Below the pieces are notes generated by a model. It was not told the origin of the DNA. It searched no databases and was given only the letters and a program-made list of their open reading frames with translations. The position numbers were made by a program, and so were the translations under genes. Below are positions 62,122 to 64,000 of a stretch of DNA of 64,000 bases, piece after piece. Within the stretch, counting starts at the first letter, position 1; each line of letters begins with the position of its first letter. This DNA comes from a phage, in sequence record PX994957.1; one strand, 5' to 3'.

Positions 62122-62369
62122 TCCTTCTCTCTGATGATAATTACTTGATTTGGTTGTGCGGATTTTTTAGTTTCACCCGCAATTGACCAAATAAATGTAA
62201 TAAACCAACCAATAATTGACCAGTTAAACAGTAAAGATGTGAAAAAGATTCCTACTGTTGATTTTGACCCACGCATCAAGGCGATGAACCATGGAAGCAT
62301 GTATATAATAATAGCCAACACACCTGAAACTAAAACCATAAAAATTGAACCTGCTACTAAAGTTTCCAT
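62118..62369 (-). CDS. imm: superinfection immunity protein Imm
   Basis: 83 aa; two TM helices; T4 synteny. Confidence 0.85.
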   Translation of the reverse strand: METLVAGSIFMVLVSGVLAIIIYMLPWFIALMRGSKSTVGIFFTSLLFNWSIIGWFITFIWSIAGETKKSAQPNQVIIIREKE

Positions 62370-62376
62370 GCTTTCC

Positions 62377-62757
62377 TCACTTAGTCAAATTTTTTACACA
62401 TGAATTATAAGAATTCACTACATACTCCATCGGAGCATTTTTACCAGTACGCCATTGGTAATTATTAGCCCAATTAGCCCAAAGTTCGGCGCAGTAGTTT
62501 TCAATTTTTTCTTCGCGTGTAATTACATCTGAATTACGATATGCTTGAGCAGATTCATCTGGACGAATAGCTTCGTCAAAATTTGCCTGCATTTGTTCTA
62601 CTGTTTGCTTTGGAGCTTCTTTATAACACTTGACATTAGGATTATAAAACTTGCTTGAACAGTTTACAATTTTTCCTACATCAGACTGATTTACTACCGG
62701 TCCTTGAGCCACACAACCAGTAAGACCTAATGCAATAACCAAAATAGCGATTTTCAT
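62377..62757 (-). CDS. predicted lipoprotein, 126 aa
   Basis: signal peptide with LTGC lipobox. Confidence 0.55.
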   Translation of the reverse strand: MKIAILVIALGLTGCVAQGPVVNQSDVGKIVNCSSKFYNPNVKCYKEAPKQTVEQMQANFDEAIRPDESAQAYRNSDVITREEKIENYCAELWANWANNYQWRTGKNAPMEYVVNSYNSCVKNLTK

Positions 62758-62767
62758 AATAATTTCC

Positions 62768-63004
62768 TCAAATGCAAGTAGTAATTACTCCAGTAGTGCT
62801 TATGCAGGTATTACCAATTTGCACACCTAAAGATCCATTTGTATTCACATGAAGATTATCATCAATTTTAACTGATATTTTACCATTAGTGTGAATAACG
62901 GTGCTAGATTCAATCACAGGTTGAGTATCATTTTCAACACTAACAAATGGAACTGCTGCTAATGCAACTAAACAAACTGCTAAGCATCCCATAACAATTT
63001 TCAT
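62768..63004 (-). CDS. secreted/membrane protein, about 78 aa (start MKIVMG with GGAG RBS)
   Basis: ORF track frame; signal-peptide-like N-terminus; early promoter upstream. Confidence 0.5.
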   Translation of the reverse strand: MKIVMGCLAVCLVALAAVPFVSVENDTQPVIESSTVIHTNGKISVKIDDNLHVNTNGSLGVQIGNTCISTTGVITTCI

Positions 63005-63040
63005 TTTATTCTCCAAATCCGTATCAGTAGTTGATAGTTG

Positions 63041-63071
63041 TATAGTACCATGGAAGAACATTCTTGTAAAC
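63041..63071 (-). promoter_or_regulatory. sigma70-type early promoter with conserved leader box
   Basis: minus strand GTTTAC-N18-TACTAT. Confidence 0.55.
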
Positions 63072-63158
63072 AGTTTTGTGAAAATTTTTTAGGGAATTTT
63101 AAATGTCCAGAATCATCTGTTTTTCATAAGTATAGATTTATATTACTTGTATGAAAAA

Positions 63159-63174
63159 GGGACCCGGAGGTCCC
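63159..63174 (-). terminator. rho-independent terminator downstream of gene 43
   Basis: GGGACC-UCCG-GGUCCC followed by U5 on minus strand. Confidence 0.7.
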
Positions 63175-63187
63175 TAGATTTATTCTA

Positions 63188-64000
63188 TCAGCCAAACAGG
63201 AAGTCTAACGAAGCTTTTTCTTCATAGTCCATACCAGCCGATTCACACATGCCCGCAAGCGGTTTAACAAACGATTTTTGGAACAAAGTTGAGTAGTCAA
63301 TCCAAAACAGTACGTCAGAACGAATTTCTTTTGGAAGTTCTGTACCCGACGGCCAAGCAATGCATTTGTCACCAAATGGATTTCCTTCACGCAATGGAAG
63401 AACCATTACTTTATTTCCATCCAAAATTGGAGCTACACCTAAACCGCTAACAGCTCGACGATAAGTTAGCACACCACGAATATGGAACGGACATTTAAAT
63501 CCTGGCCAACCTTTATCATCATATTTCGCTATATCGTTCGCAGTTTTTACTTCAGCAATAACTTTATAATCAAGTTGACGATATTCTTTCTCAAAGTTCT
63601 TGTAGTATTCTTGGACAGACTCTTCACCTTCTTGAAGAATACGACGAATACTTTCTTCGAGAGCTTCTTGGACCGCTTTAGGCGTTGAACTCTGCTGAGT
63701 TTCCATACCCATGATTTTTAGATGTGGTTCAGCAAAACGCTTATCTTCCATATCATAAACGTTCAGAGCATAACGCTTTTTCGCTTTCCAAAATCCACCA
63801 ACACCCTTTGAACCAAGCGGAGGGCAAGAAATAGCTTCACGGTCCATATGCATCAGATGCTCGCGGTTATTCATATAATCACATAACTCACGATATGCAA
63901 CATCAATCATAGGTTCCATCTTTTTCTTACCAAACTGATTCATGAATTCAACTAAATCATTTTGTTCTTTAAAGCGGTCAAGACCTACTTTTTCAATTAC
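63188..64000 (-). CDS. 43: DNA polymerase gp43, C-terminal part (gene continues beyond the right edge)
   Basis: frame open to 64000; C-terminal clamp-binding tail ...KASLDFLFG. Confidence 0.9.
   Translation of the reverse strand, partial: VIEKVGLDRFKEQNDLVEFMNQFGKKKMEPMIDVAYRELCDYMNNREHLMHMDREAISCPPLGSKGVGGFWKAKKRYALNVYDMEDKRFAEPHLKIMGMETQQSSTPKAVQEALEESIRRILQEGEESVQEYYKNFEKEYRQLDYKVIAEVKTANDIAKYDDKGWPGFKCPFHIRGVLTYRRAVSGLGVAPILDGNKVMVLPLREGNPFGDKCIAWPSGTELPKEIRSDVLFWIDYSTLFQKSFVKPLAGMCESAGMDYEEKASLDFLFG

Overview
This window is a T4-like (T-even, Tequatrovirus-type) phage segment of about 64 kb, read from sequence and recalled T4 protein sequences and gene order only (no searches run). It runs from the gene 31/cd region through the pseT-alc-rnlA-denA block, the nucleotide-metabolism cluster (nrdB, nrdA, td, frd), genes 32-59-33-dsbA-rnh, the plus-strand long-tail-fibre and lysis module (34, 35, 36, 37, 38, t), then asiA-arn-motA-52, ac-stp-ndd-denB, rIIB-rIIA, topoisomerase gene 39, dexA-dda-srd-modA-modB-soc-56-61-sp-dmd-41-40-uvsX, a glycosyltransferase, 42, imm and the 3' end of gene 43. 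Early and middle genes are on the minus strand with tight or overlapping junctions; late genes are on the plus strand. It is not T4 itself: td and nrdB are uninterrupted, gene 39 is one 606-aa ORF, and gp38 is a glycine-rich T2-type adhesin. I did not find a wholly new gene system. The most unusual features are two exact direct tandem duplications: a 1000-bp one that creates an in-frame MotA(1-120)::gp52(322-442) chimeric ORF, and a 499-bp one at the left edge that leaves a truncated copy of gene 31. Also notable are a +1 frameshift in an A6 run at the start of pseT, an extra ORF between frd and td, a plus-strand membrane mini-ORF between 56 and 61, and a family of early promoters with embedded palindromes and a shared leader box. 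Many small ORFs have no assignable function.
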